Source: Eledone cirrhosa (Eukaryota). Taken from it: DNA of 64,000 nucleotides. The notes under the pieces are model-generated. The model was not told the origin of the DNA and made no database searches. It was given only the letters and a program-made list of their open reading frames with translations. The stretch is from the NCBI GenBank assembly GCA_964016885.1, contig OZ024747.1, forward strand, positions 27,962,001-28,026,000, written 5' to 3'. This document shows positions 1 through 15,000 of this stretch, one piece after another (within the stretch, counting starts at the first letter, position 1; the number at the start of each line of letters is the position of its first letter). A program made the translations under genes and the position numbers.

Positions 1-3000
1 TCAGGATATTGGTGTACTGGGGATGTTGTGGAGTGTATAGTCAGGATATTGGTGCACTGGGGATGTTGTGGAGTGTATAGTCAGGATATTGGTGTACTGA
101 GGATGGTGTGGAGTGTATAGTCAGGATATTGGTGTACTGGGGATGTTGTGGAGTGTATAGTTAGGATATTGGTGTACTGGGGATGTTGTGGAGTGTATAG
201 TCAGGATATTGGTGCATTGGGGTGTTGTGGGGTGTATAGTCAGGATATTGGTGTACTGGGGATGTTGTGGAGTGTATAGTCAGGATATTGGTGGACTGGG
301 GATGTTGTGTGGTGTATAGTCAGGATATTGGTGTACTGGGGATGTTGTGGAGTGTATAGTCAGGATATTGGTGTACTGGGGATGTTGTGGAGTGTATAGT
401 CAGGATATTGGTGTACTGGGGATGTTGTGGAGTGTATAGTCAGGATATTGGTGTACTGGGGATGTTGTGGAGTGTATAGTCAGGATATTTGTGTACTGGG
501 GATGTTGTGGAGTGTATAGTCAGGATATTGGTGTACTGGGGTGTTGTGGAGTGTATAGTCAGGATATTGGTGTACTGGGATATTGTGGAGTGTATAGTCA
601 GGATATTGGTGTACTGGGATGTTGTGGAGTGTATAGTCAGGATATTGGTGTACTGGGATGTTGTGGAGTGTATAGTCAGGATATTGGTGTACTGGGATAT
701 TGTGGAGTGTATAGTCAGGATATTTGTGTACTGGGGATGTTGTGGAGTGTATAGTCAGGATATTGGTGTACTGGAATGTTGTGGAGTGTATAGTCAGGAT
801 ATTGGTGTACTGAGGATGTTGTGGAGTGTATAGTTAGGATATTGGTGTACTGGGGATGTTGTGGAGTGTATAGTCAGGATATTGGTGTACTGGGATATTG
901 TGGAGTGTATAGTCAGGATATTGGTGTACTGGGATGTTGTGGAGTGTATAGTCAGGATATTGGTGTACTGGGGATGTTGTGGAGTGTATAGTCAGGATAT
1001 TGGTGTACTGGGATATTGTGGAGTGTATAGTCAGGATATTTGTGTACTGGGGATGTTGTGGAGTGTATAGTCAGGATATTGGTGTACTGGGGTTTTGTGG
1101 AGTGTATAGTCAGGATATTGGTGTACTGGGGATGTTGTGGAGTGTATAGTCAGGATATTGGTGTACTGGGATATTGTGGAGTGTATAGTCTGGATATTTG
1201 TGTACTGGGGATGTTGTGGAGTGTATAGTCAGGATATTGGTGTACTGGGGATGTTGTGTGGTGTATAGTCAGGATATTGGTGTACTGGGGATGTTGTGTG
1301 GTGTATAGTCAGGATATTGGTGTACTGGGGTGTTGTGGGGTGTATAGTCAGGATATTGGTGTACTGGGGATGTTGTGGAGTGTATAGTCAGGATATTGGT
1401 GTACTGGGGATGTTGTGGAGTGTATAGTCAGGATATTGGTGTACTGGGGTGTTGTGGAGTGTATAGTCAGGATATTGGTGTACTGGGGATGTTGTGGAGT
1501 GTATAGTCAGGATATTGGTGTACTGGGGTGTTGTGTGGTGTATAGTCAGGATATTTGTGTACTGGGGATGTTGTGGAGTGTATAGTCAGGATATTGGTGT
1601 ACTGGGGATGTTGTGGAGTGTATAGTCAGGATATTGGTGTACTGGGATATTGTGGAGTGTATAGTCAGGATATTGGTGTACTGGGATATTGTGGAGTGTA
1701 TAGTCAGGATATTTGTGTACTGGGGATGTTGTGGAGTGTATAGTCAGGATATTGGTGTACTGGGATGTTGTGGAGTGTATAGTCAGGATATTGGTGTACT
1801 GGGGTGTTGTGGAGTGTATAGTCAGGATATTGGTGTACTGGGATGTTGTGGAGTGTATAGTCAGGATATTGGTGTACTGGGGATGTTGTGGAGTGTATAG
1901 TCAGGATATTGGTGTACTGGGATGTTGTGGAGTGTATAGTCAGGATATTGGTGTACTGGGATATTGTGGAGTGTATAGTCAGGATATTTGTGTACTGGGG
2001 ATGTTGTGGAGTGTATAGTCAGGATATTGGTGTACTGGGATATTGTGGAGTGTATAGTCAGGATATTTGTGTACTGGGGATGTTGTGGAGTGTATAGTCA
2101 GGATATTGGTGTACTGGGGATGTTGTGGAGTGTATAGTCAGGATATTGGTGTACTGGGATATTGTGGAGTGTATAGTCAGGATATTGGTGTACTGGGGAT
2201 GTTGTGGAGTGTATAGTCAGGATATTGGTGTACTGGGATGTTGTGGAGTGTATAGTCAGGATATTGGTGTACTGGGGATGTTGTGGAGTGTATAGTCAGG
2301 ATATTGGTGTACTGGGGATGTTGTGGAGTGTATAGTCAGGATATTGGTGTACTGGGGATGTTGTGGAGTGTATAGTCAGGATATTGGTGTACTGGGATGT
2401 TGTGGAGTGTATAGTCAGGATATTTGTGTACTGGGGATGTTGTGGAGTGTATAGTCAGGATATTGGTGTACTGGGGATGGTGTGGAGTGTATAGTCAGGA
2501 TATTGGTGTACTGGGGATGGTGTGGAGTGTATAGTCAGGATATTGGTGGACTGGGGATATTGTGGAGTGTATAGTCAGGATATTGGTGTACTGGGGATGT
2601 TGTGGAGTGTATAGTCAGGATATTGGTGTACTGGGGATGTTGTGGAGTGTATAGTCAGGATATTGGTGTACTGGGGATGTTGTGGAGTGTATAGTCAGGA
2701 TATTGGTGTACTGGGGATGTTGTGGAGTGTATAGTCAGGATATTGGTGTACTGGGATGTTGTGGAGTGTATAGTCAGGATATTGGTGTACTGGGGTGTTG
2801 TGGAGTGTATAGTTAGGATATTGGTGGACTGGGGATATTGTGGAGTGTATAGTCAGGATATTGGTGTACTGGGGATATTGTGGAGTGTATAGTCAGGATA
2901 TTGGTGTACTGGGATGTTGTGGAGTGTATAGTCAGGATATTGGTGTACTGGGGATGTTGTGGAGTGTATAGTCAGGATATTGGTGTACTGGGGATGTTGT

Positions 3001-6000
3001 GGAGTGTATAGTCAGGATATTGGTGTACTGGGATGTTGTGGAGTGTATAGTCAGGATATTGGTGTACTGGGGTGTTGTGGAGTGTATAGTCAGGATATTG
3101 GTGTACTGGGATGTTGTGGAGTGTATAGTCAGGATATTGGTGTACTGGGATGTTGTGGAGTGTATAGTCAGGATATTGGTGTACTGGGGATGTTGTGGAG
3201 TGTATAGTCAGGATATTGGTGTACTGGGGATGTTGTGGAGTGTATAGTCAGGATATTGGTGTACTGGGATGTTGTGGAGTGTATAGTCAGGATATTGGTG
3301 TACTGGGGTGTTGTGGAGTGTATAGTCAGGATATTGGTGTACTGGGATATTGTGGAGTGTATAGTCAGGATATTGGTGGACTGGGGATATTGTGGAGTGT
3401 ATAGTCAGGATATTGGTGTACTGGGGATATTGTGGAGTGTATAGTCAGGATATTGGTGTACTGGGATGTTGTGGAGTGTATAGTCAGGATATTGGTGTAC
3501 TGGGGATGTTGTGGAGTGTATAGTCAGGATATTGGTGTACTGGGATGTTGTGGAGTGTATAGTCAGGATATTGGTGTACTGGGGATGTTGTGGAGTGTAT
3601 AGTCAGGATATTGGTGTACTGGGGATGTTGTGGAGTGTATAGTCAGGATATTGGTGTACTGGGATGTTGTGGAGTGTATAGTCAGGATATTTGTGTACTG
3701 GGGATGTTGTGGAGTGTATAGTCAGGATATTGGTGTACTGGGGATGTTGTGGAGTGTATAGTCAGGATATTGGTGTACTGGGGATGTTGTGGAGTGTATA
3801 GTCAGGATATTGGTGTACTGGGGATGGTGTGGAGTGTATAGTCAGGATATTGGTGTACTGGGGATGGTGTGGAGTGTATAGTCAGGATATTGGTGTACTG
3901 GGGTGTTGTGGAGTGTATAGTCAGGATATTGGTGTACTGGGGATGTTGTGGAGTGTATAGTCAGGATATTGGTGCATTGGGGTGTTGTGGGGTGTATAGT
4001 CAGGATATTGGTGCACTGGGGATGTTGTGGAGTGTATAGTCAGGATATTGGTGTACTGGGATATTGTGGAGTGTATAGTCAGGATATTTGTGTACTGGGG
4101 ATGTTGTGGAGTGTATAGTCAGGATATTGGTGTACTGGGATGTTGTGGAGTGTGTAGTCAGGATATTTGTGTACTGGGGATGTTGTGGAGTGTATAGTCA
4201 GGATATTGGTGTACTGGGGATGGTGTGGAGTGTATAGTCAGGATATTGGTGTACTGGGGATATTGTGGAGTGTATAGTCAGGATATTGGTGTACTGGGGT
4301 GTTGTGGAGTGTATAGTCAGGATATTGGTGTACTGGGGATGTTGTGGAGTGTATAGTCAGGATATTGGTGTACTGGGATGTTGTGGAGTGTATAGTCAGG
4401 ATATTTGTGTACTGGGGATGTTGTGGAGTGTATAGTCAGGATATTGGTGTACTGGGATGTTGTGGAGTGTATAGTCAGGATATTTGTGTACTGGGGATGT
4501 TGTGGAGTGTATAGTCAGGATATTGGTGTACTGGGATGTTGTGGAGTGTATAGTCAGGATATTTGTGTACTGGGGATGTTGTGGAGTGTATAGTCAGGAT
4601 ATTGGTGTACTGGGGATGGTGTGGAGTGTATAGTCAGGATATTGGTGTACTGGGGATGTTGTGGAGTGTATAGTCAGGATATTGGTGTACTGGGATATTG
4701 TGGAGTGTATAGTCTGGATATTTGTGTACTGGGGATGTTGTGGAGTGTATAGTCAGGATATTGGGGTGTTGTGGGGTGTATAGTCAGGATATTGGTGTAC
4801 TGGGGATGTTGTGTGGTGTATAGTCAGGATATTGGTGTACTGGGGTGTTGTGGAGTGTATTGTCAGGATATTGGTGTACTGGGGATATTGTGGAGTGTAC
4901 AGTCAGGATATTGGTGTACTGGGGTGTTGTGTGGTGTATAGTCAGGATATTGGTGTACTGGGGATGTTGTGTGGTGTATAGTCAGGATATTGGTGTACTG
5001 GGGTGTTGTGGAGTGTATTGTCAGGATATTGGTGTACTGGGGATATTGTGGAGTGTACAGTCAGGATATTGGTGTACTGGGGTGTTGTGTGGTGTATAGT
5101 CAGGATATTGGTGTACTGGGGATGTTGTGGAGTGTATAGTCAGGATGTTGGTGTACTGGGGATGTTGTGGAGTGTACAGTCAGGATATTGGTGTACTGGG
5201 GTGTTGTGGAGTGTATAGTCAGGATATTGGTGTACTGGGAATGTTGTGGAGTGTATAGTCAGGATATTGGTGTACTGGGGATGTTGTGGAGTGTATAGTC
5301 AGGATATTGGTGTACTGGGGATGTTGTGGAGTGTACAGTCAGGATATTCGTGTACTGGGGATGTTGTGGAGTGTATAGTTAGGATATTGGTGTACTGGGG
5401 ATGTTGTGGAGTGTACAGTCAGGATATTGGTGTACTGGGGATGTTGTGGAGTGTATAGTCAGGATATTGGTGCACTGGGGATGTTGTGGAGTGTATAGTC
5501 AGGATATTGGTGTACTGAGGATGGTGTGGAGTGTATAGTCAGGATATTGGTGTACTGGGGATGTTGTGGAGTGTATAGTCAGGATATTGGTGTACTGGGG
5601 ATGTTGTGGAGTGTATAGTCAGGATATTGGTGCATTGGGGTGTTGTGGGGTGTATAGTCAGGATATTGGTGTACTGGGGATGTTGTGGAGTGTATAGTCA
5701 GGATATTGGTGTACTGGGGATGGTGTGGAGTGTATAGTCAGGATATTGGTGTACTGGGGATGTTGTGGAGTGTATAGTCAGGATATTGGTGTACTGGGGA
5801 TGTTGTGGAGTGTATAGTCAGGATATTGGTGTACTGGGGTGTTGTGTGGTGTATAGTCAGGATATTGGTGTACTGGGGATGTTGTGGAGTGTATAGTCAG
5901 GATATTGGTGTACTGGGGATGGTGTGGAGTGTATAGTCAGGATATTGGTGTACTGGGGATGTTGTGGAGTGTATAGTCAGGATATTGGTGTACTGGGGAT

Positions 6001-9000
6001 GTTGTGGAGTGTATAGTCAGGATATTGGTGTACTGGGGATGTTGTGGAGTGTATAGTCAGGATATTGGTGTACTGGGGATGTTGTGGAGTGTATAGTCAG
6101 GATATTGGTGTACTGGGGTGTTGTGTGGTGTATAGTCAGGATATTGGTGTACTGGGGATGTTGTGTGGTGTATAGTCAGGATATTGGTGTACTGGGGTGT
6201 TGTGGAGTGTATAGTCAGGATATTGGTGTACTGGGGTGTTGTGGAGTGTATAGTCAGGATATTGGTGGACTGGGGATGTTGTGTGGTGTATAGTCAGGAT
6301 ATTGGTGTACTGGGGATGTTGTGGAGTGTATAGTCAGGATATTGGTGTACTGGGGATGTTGTGGAGTGTATAGTCAGGATATTGGTGTACTGGGGTGTTG
6401 TGTGGTGTATAGTCAGGATATTGGTGTACTGGGGATGTTGTGTGGTGTATAGTCAGGATATTGGTGTACTGGGGATGTTGTGTGGTGTACAGTCAGGATA
6501 TTGGTGTACTGGGGTGTTGTGGAGTGTATAGTCAGGATATTGGTGTACTGGGGATGTTGTGGGGTGTATAGTCAGGATATTGGTGTACTGGGGATGTTGT
6601 GGAGTGTATAGTCAGGATATTGGTGTACTGGGGATGTTGTGGGGTGTATAGTTAGGATATTGGTGTACTGGGGATGTTGTGGAGTGTATAGTCAGGATAT
6701 TGGTGTACTGGGGATGTTGTGGAGCGTATAGTTAGGATATTGGTGTACTGGGGATGTTGTGGAGTGTACAGTCAGGATATTTGTGGACTGGGGATGTTGT
6801 GGAGTGTATAGTCAGGATATTTGTGTACTGGGGTGTTGTGGAGTGTATAGTCAGGATATTGGTGTACTGGGGTGTTGTGGAGTGTATAGTCAGGATATTG
6901 GTGTACTGGGATATTGTGGAGTGTACAGTCAGGATATTTGTGTACTGGGGATGTTGTGGAGTGTATAGTCAGGATATTGGTGTACAGGGGTGTTGTGGAG
7001 TGTATAGTCAGGATATTGGTGTACTGGGATATTGTGGAGTGTATAGTCAGGATATTTGTGTACTGGGGATGTTGTGGAGTGTATAGTCAGGATATTGGTG
7101 TACTGGGATGTTGTGGAGTGTATAGTCAGGATATTGGTGTACTGGGGATGTTGTGGAGTGTATAGTCAGGATATTGGTGTACTGGGATGTTGTGGAGAGT
7201 ATAGTCAGGATATTGGTGTACTGGGGATGTTGTGGAGTGTATAGTCAGGATATTGGTGTACTGGGATGTTGTGGAGTGTATAGTCAGGATATTGGTGTAC
7301 TGGGGATGTTGTGGAGTGTATAGTCAGGATATTGGTGTACTGGGATATTGTGGAGTGTATAGTCAGGATATTTGTGTACTGGGGATGTTGTGGAGTGTAT
7401 AGTCAGGATATTGGTGTACTGGGGATGTTGTGTGGTGTATAGTCAGGATATTGGTGTACTGGGGATGTTGTGTGGTGTATAGTCAGGATATTGGTGTACT
7501 GGGGTGTTGTGTGGTGTATAGTCAGGATATTGGTGTACTGGGGATGTTGTGGAGTGTATAGTCAGGATATTGGTGTACTGGGGATGTTGTGGAGTGTATA
7601 GTCAGGATATTGGTGTACTGGGGTGTTGTGGAGTGTATAGTCAGGATATTGGTGTACTGGGGATGTTGTGGAGTGTATAGTCAGGATATTGGTGTACTGG
7701 GGTGTTGTGTGGTGTATAGTCAGGATATTTGTGTACTGGGGATGTTGTGGAGTGTATAGTCAGGATATTGGTGTACTGGGGATGTTGTGGAGTGTATAGT
7801 CAGGATATTGGTGTACTGGGATATTGTGGAGTGTATAGTCAGGATATTGGTGTACTGGGATATTGTGGAGTGTATAGTCAGGATATTTGTGTACTGGGGA
7901 TGTTGTGGAGTGTATAGTCAAGATATTGGTGTACTGGGATGTTGTGGAGTGTATAGTCAGGATATTGGTGTACTGGGGATGTTGTGTGGTGTACAGTCAG
8001 GATATTGGTGTACTGGGGATGTTGTGTGGTGTACAGTCAGGATATTGGTGTACTGGGGTGTTGTGGAGTGTATAGTCAGGATATTGGTGTACTGGGGTGT
8101 TGTGGAGTGTATAGTCAGGATATTGGTGTACTGGGGTGTTGTGGAGTGTATAGTCAGGATATTGGTGTACTGGGGATGTTGTGTGGTGTACAGTCAGGAT
8201 ATTGGTGTACTGGGGAAGCTGTGTGGTGTACAGTCAGGATATTGGTGTACTGGGGTGTTGTGTGGTGTACAGTCAGGATATTGGTGTACTGGGGTGTTGT
8301 GTGGTGTACAGTCAGGATATTGGTGTACTGGGGATGTTGTGGAGTGTATAGTCAGGATATTGGTGTACTGGGAATATTGTGGGGTGTATAATCAGGATAT
8401 TGGTGTACTAGGGATGTTGTGTGGTGTATAGTCAGGATATTGGTGTACTGGGGTGTTGTGGAGTGTATAGTCAGGATATTGGTGTACTGGGGTGTTGTGG
8501 TGTGTATAGTCAGGATATTGGTGTACTGGGGTGTTGTGCGGCTGTATAGTCAGGATATTGGTGGACTGGGGATGTTGTGTGGTGTATAGTCAGGATATTG
8601 GTGTACTGGGGATGTTGTGTGGTGTATAGTCAGGATATTGGTGTACTGGGGTGTCGGGGGGTGTATAGTCAGGATATTGGTGTACTGGAGTGTTGTGGGA
8701 TGTATAGTCAGGATATTGGTGTACTGGGGTGTTGTGGAGTGTATAGTCAGGATATTGGTGTACTGGGGTGTTGTGGAGTGTATTGTCAGGATATTGGTGT
8801 ACTGGGGTGTTGTGGAGTGTATTGTCAGGATATTGGTGTACTGGGGATGTTGTGTGGTGTATAGTCAGGATATTGGTGTACTGGGGTGTTGTGGAGTGTA
8901 TTGTCAGGATATTGGTGTACTGGGGATATTGTGGAGTGTACAGTCAGGATATTGGTGTACTGGGGTGTTGTGTGGTGTATAGTCAGGATATTGGTGTACT

Positions 9001-12000
9001 GGGGATGTTGTGGAGTGTATAGTCAGGATGTTGGTGTACTGGGGATGTTGTGGAGTGTACAGTCAGGATATTGGTGTACTGGGGTGTTGTGGAGTGTATA
9101 GTCAGGATATTGGTGTACTGGGAATGTTGTGGAGTGTATAGTCAGGATATTGGTGTACTGGGGATGTTGTGGAGTGTATAGTCAGGATATTGGTGTACTG
9201 GGGATGTTGTGGAGTGTACAGTCAGGATATTCGTGTACTGGGGATGTTGTGGAGTGTATAGTTAGGATATTGGTGTACTGGGGATGTTGTGGAGTGTACA
9301 GTCAGGATATTGGTGTACTGGGGATGTTGTGGAGTGTATAGTCAGGATATTGGTGCACTGGGGATGTTGTGGAGTGTATAGTCAGGATATTGGTGTACTG
9401 AGGATGGTGTGGAGTGTATAGTCAGGATATTGGTGTACTGGGGATGTTGTGGAGTGTATAGTTAGGATATTGGTGTACTGGGGATGTTGTGGAGTGTATA
9501 GTCAGGATATTGGTGCATTGGGGTGTTGTGGGGTGTATAGTCAGGATATTGGTGTACTGGGGATGTTGTGGAGTGTATAGTCAGGATATTGGTGGACTGG
9601 GGATGTTGTGTGGTGTATAGTCAGGATATTGGTGTACTGGGGATGTTGTGGAGTGTATAGTCAGGATATTGGTGTACTGGGGATGTTGTGGAGTGTATAG
9701 TCAGGATATTGGTGTACTGGGGATGTTGTGGAGTGTATAGTCAGGATATTGGTGTACTGGGGATGTTGTGGAGTGTATAGTCAGGATATTTGTGTACTGG
9801 GGATGTTGTGGAGTGTATAGTCAGGATATTGGTGTACTGGGGTGTTGTGGAGTGTATAGTCAGGATATTGGTGTACTGGGATATTGTGGAGTGTATAGTC
9901 AGGATATTGGTGTACTGGGATGTTGTGGAGTGTATAGTCAGGATATTGGTGTACTGGGATGTTGTGGAGTGTATAGTCAGGATATTGGTGTACTGGGATA
10001 TTGTGGAGTGTATAGTCAGGATATTTGTGTACTGGGGATGTTGTGGAGTGTATAGTCAGGATATTGGTGTACTGGAATGTTGTGGAGTGTATAGTCAGGA
10101 TATTGGTGTACTGAGGATGTTGTGGAGTGTATAGTTAGGATATTGGTGTACTGGGGATGTTGTGGAGTGTATAGTCAGGATATTGGTGTACTGGGATATT
10201 GTGGAGTGTATAGTCAGGATATTGGTGTACTGGGATGTTGTGGAGTGTATAGTCAGGATATTGGTGTACTGGGGATGTTGTGGAGTGTATAGTCAGGATA
10301 TTGGTGTACTGGGATATTGTGGAGTGTATAGTCAGGATATTTGTGTACTGGGGATGTTGTGGAGTGTATAGTCAGGATATTGGTGTACTGGGGTTTTGTG
10401 GAGTGTATAGTCAGGATATTGGTGTACTGGGGATGTTGTGGAGTGTATAGTCAGGATATTGGTGTACTGGGATATTGTGGAGTGTATAGTCTGGATATTT
10501 GTGTACTGGGGATGTTGTGGAGTGTATAGTCAGGATATTGGTGTACTGGGGATGTTGTGTGGTGTATAGTCAGGATATTGGTGTACTGGGGATGTTGTGT
10601 GGTGTATAGTCAGGATATTGGTGTACTGGGGTGTTGTGGGGTGTATAGTCAGGATATTGGTGTACTGGGGATGTTGTGGAGTGTATAGTCAGGATATTGG
10701 TGTACTGGGGATGTTGTGGAGTGTATAGTCAGGATATTGGTGTACTGGGGTGTTGTGGAGTGTATAGTCAGGATATTGGTGTACTGGGGATGTTGTGGAG
10801 TGTATAGTCAGGATATTGGTGTACTGGGGTGTTGTGTGGTGTATAGTCAGGATATTTGTGTACTGGGGATGTTGTGGAGTGTATAGTCAGGATATTGGTG
10901 TACTGGGGATGTTGTGGAGTGTATAGTCAGGATATTGGTGTACTGGGATATTGTGGAGTGTATAGTCAGGATATTGGTGTACTGGGATATTGTGGAGTGT
11001 ATAGTCAGGATATTTGTGTACTGGGGATGTTGTGGAGTGTATAGTCAGGATATTGGTGTACTGGGATGTTGTGGAGTGTATAGTCAGGATATTGGTGTAC
11101 TGGGGTGTTGTGGAGTGTATAGTCAGGATATTGGTGTACTGGGATGTTGTGGAGTGTATAGTCAGGATATTGGTGTACTGGGGATGTTGTGGAGTGTATA
11201 GTCAGGATATTGGTGTACTGGGATGTTGTGGAGTGTATAGTCAGGATATTGGTGTACTGGGATATTGTGGAGTGTATAGTCAGGATATTTGTGTACTGGG
11301 GATGTTGTGGAGTGTATAGTCAGGATATTGGTGTACTGGGATATTGTGGAGTGTATAGTCAGGATATTTGTGTACTGGGGATGTTGTGGAGTGTATAGTC
11401 AGGATATTGGTGTACTGGGGATGTTGTGGAGTGTATAGTCAGGATATTGGTGTACTGGGATATTGTGGAGTGTATAGTCAGGATATTGGTGTACTGGGGA
11501 TGTTGTGGAGTGTATAGTCAGGATATTGGTGTACTGGGATGTTGTGGAGTGTATAGTCAGGATATTGGTGTACTGGGGATGTTGTGGAGTGTATAGTCAG
11601 GATATTGGTGTACTGGGGATGTTGTGGAGTGTATAGTCAGGATATTGGTGTACTGGGGATGTTGTGGAGTGTATAGTCAGGATATTGGTGTACTGGGATG
11701 TTGTGGAGTGTATAGTCAGGATATTTGTGTACTGGGGATGTTGTGGAGTGTATAGTCAGGATATTGGTGTACTGGGGATGGTGTGGAGTGTATAGTCAGG
11801 ATATTGGTGTACTGGGGATGGTGTGGAGTGTATAGTCAGGATATTGGTGGACTGGGGATATTGTGGAGTGTATAGTCAGGATATTGGTGTACTGGGGATG
11901 TTGTGGAGTGTATAGTCAGGATATTGGTGTACTGGGGATGTTGTGGAGTGTATAGTCAGGATATTGGTGTACTGGGGATGTTGTGGAGTGTATAGTCAGG

Positions 12001-15000
12001 ATATTGGTGTACTGGGGATGTTGTGGAGTGTATAGTCAGGATATTGGTGTACTGGGATGTTGTGGAGTGTATAGTCAGGATATTGGTGTACTGGGGTGTT
12101 GTGGAGTGTATAGTTAGGATATTGGTGGACTGGGGATATTGTGGAGTGTATAGTCAGGATATTGGTGTACTGGGGATATTGTGGAGTGTATAGTCAGGAT
12201 ATTGGTGTACTGGGATGTTGTGGAGTGTATAGTCAGGATATTGGTGTACTGGGGATGTTGTGGAGTGTATAGTCAGGATATTGGTGTACTGGGGATGTTG
12301 TGGAGTGTATAGTCAGGATATTGGTGTACTGGGATGTTGTGGAGTGTATAGTCAGGATATTGGTGTACTGGGGTGTTGTGGAGTGTATAGTCAGGATATT
12401 GGTGTACTGGGATGTTGTGGAGTGTATAGTCAGGATATTGGTGTACTGGGATGTTGTGGAGTGTATAGTCAGGATATTGGTGTACTGGGGATGTTGTGGA
12501 GTGTATAGTCAGGATATTGGTGTACTGGGGATGTTGTGGAGTGTATAGTCAGGATATTGGTGTACTGGGATGTTGTGGAGTGTATAGTCAGGATATTGGT
12601 GTACTGGGGTGTTGTGGAGTGTATAGTCAGGATATTGGTGTACTGGGATATTGTGGAGTGTATAGTCAGGATATTGGTGGACTGGGGATATTGTGGAGTG
12701 TATAGTCAGGATATTGGTGTACTGGGGATATTGTGGAGTGTATAGTCAGGATATTGGTGTACTGGGATGTTGTGGAGTGTATAGTCAGGATATTGGTGTA
12801 CTGGGGATGTTGTGGAGTGTATAGTCAGGATATTGGTGTACTGGGATGTTGTGGAGTGTATAGTCAGGATATTGGTGTACTGGGGATGTTGTGGAGTGTA
12901 TAGTCAGGATATTGGTGTACTGGGATGTTGTGGAGTGTATAGTCAGGATATTTGTGTACTGGGGATGTTGTGGAGTGTATAGTCAGGATATTGGTGTACT
13001 GGGGATGTTGTGGAGTGTATAGTCAGGATATTGGTGTACTGGGGATGTTGTGGAGTGTATAGTCAGGATATTGGTGTACTGGGGATGGTGTGGAGTGTAT
13101 AGTCAGGATATTGGTGTACTGGGGATGGTGTGGAGTGTATAGTCAGGATATTGGTGTACTGGGGTGTTGTGGAGTGTATAGTCAGGATATTGGTGTACTG
13201 GGGATGTTGTGGAGTGTATAGTCAGGATATTGGTGCATTGGGGTGTTGTGGGGTGTATAGTCAGGATATTGGTGCACTGGGGATGTTGTGGAGTGTATAG
13301 TCAGGATATTGGTGTACTGGGATATTGTGGAGTGTATAGTCAGGATATTTGTGTACTGGGGATGTTGTGGAGTGTATAGTCAGGATATTGGTGTACTGGG
13401 ATGTTGTGGAGTGTGTAGTCAGGATATTTGTGTACTGGGGATGTTGTGGAGTGTATAGTCAGGATATTGGTGTACTGGGGATGGTGTGGAGTGTATAGTC
13501 AGGATATTGGTGTACTGGGGATATTGTGGAGTGTATAGTCAGGATATTGGTGTACTGGGGTGTTGTGGAGTGTATAGTCAGGATATTGGTGTACTGGGGA
13601 TGTTGTGGAGTGTATAGTCAGGATATTGGTGTACTGGGATGTTGTGGAGTGTATAGTCAGGATATTTGTGTACTGGGGATGTTGTGGAGTGTATAGTCAG
13701 GATATTGGTGTACTGGGATGTTGTGGAGTGTATAGTCAGGATATTTGTGTACTGGGGATGTTGTGGAGTGTATAGTCAGGATATTGGTGTACTGGGATGT
13801 TGTGGAGTGTATAGTCAGGATATTTGTGTACTGGGGATGTTGTGGAGTGTATAGTCAGGATATTGGTGTACTGGGGATGGTGTGGAGTGTATAGTCAGGA
13901 TATTGGTGTACTGGGGATGTTGTGGAGTGTATAGTCAGGATATTGGTGTACTGGGATATTGTGGAGTGTATAGTCTGGATATTTGTGTACTGGGGATGTT
14001 GTGGAGTGTATAGTCAGGATATTGGGGTGTTGTGGGGTGTATAGTCAGGATATTGGTGTACTGGGGATGTTGTGTGGTGTATAGTCAGGATATTGGTGTA
14101 CTGGGGTGTTGTGGAGTGTATTGTCAGGATATTGGTGTACTGGGGATATTGTGGAGTGTACAGTCAGGATATTGGTGTACTGGGGTGTTGTGTGGTGTAT
14201 AGTCAGGATATTGGTGTACTGGGGATGTTGTGTGGTGTATAGTCAGGATATTGGTGTACTGGGGTGTTGTGGAGTGTATTGTCAGGATATTGGTGTACTG
14301 GGGATATTGTGGAGTGTACAGTCAGGATATTGGTGTACTGGGGTGTTGTGTGGTGTATAGTCAGGATATTGGTGTACTGGGGATGTTGTGGAGTGTATAG
14401 TCAGGATGTTGGTGTACTGGGGATGTTGTGGAGTGTACAGTCAGGATATTGGTGTACTGGGGTGTTGTGGAGTGTATAGTCAGGATATTGGTGTACTGGG
14501 AATGTTGTGGAGTGTATAGTCAGGATATTGGTGTACTGGGGATGTTGTGGAGTGTATAGTCAGGATATTGGTGTACTGGGGATGTTGTGGAGTGTACAGT
14601 CAGGATATTCGTGTACTGGGGATGTTGTGGAGTGTATAGTTAGGATATTGGTGTACTGGGGATGTTGTGGAGTGTACAGTCAGGATATTGGTGTACTGGG
14701 GATGTTGTGGAGTGTATAGTCAGGATATTGGTGCACTGGGGATGTTGTGGAGTGTATAGTCAGGATATTGGTGTACTGAGGATGGTGTGGAGTGTATAGT
14801 CAGGATATTGGTGTACTGGGGATGTTGTGGAGTGTATAGTCAGGATATTGGTGTACTGGGGATGTTGTGGAGTGTATAGTCAGGATATTGGTGCATTGGG
14901 GTGTTGTGGGGTGTATAGTCAGGATATTGGTGTACTGGGGATGTTGTGGAGTGTATAGTCAGGATATTGGTGTACTGGGGATGGTGTGGAGTGTATAGTC

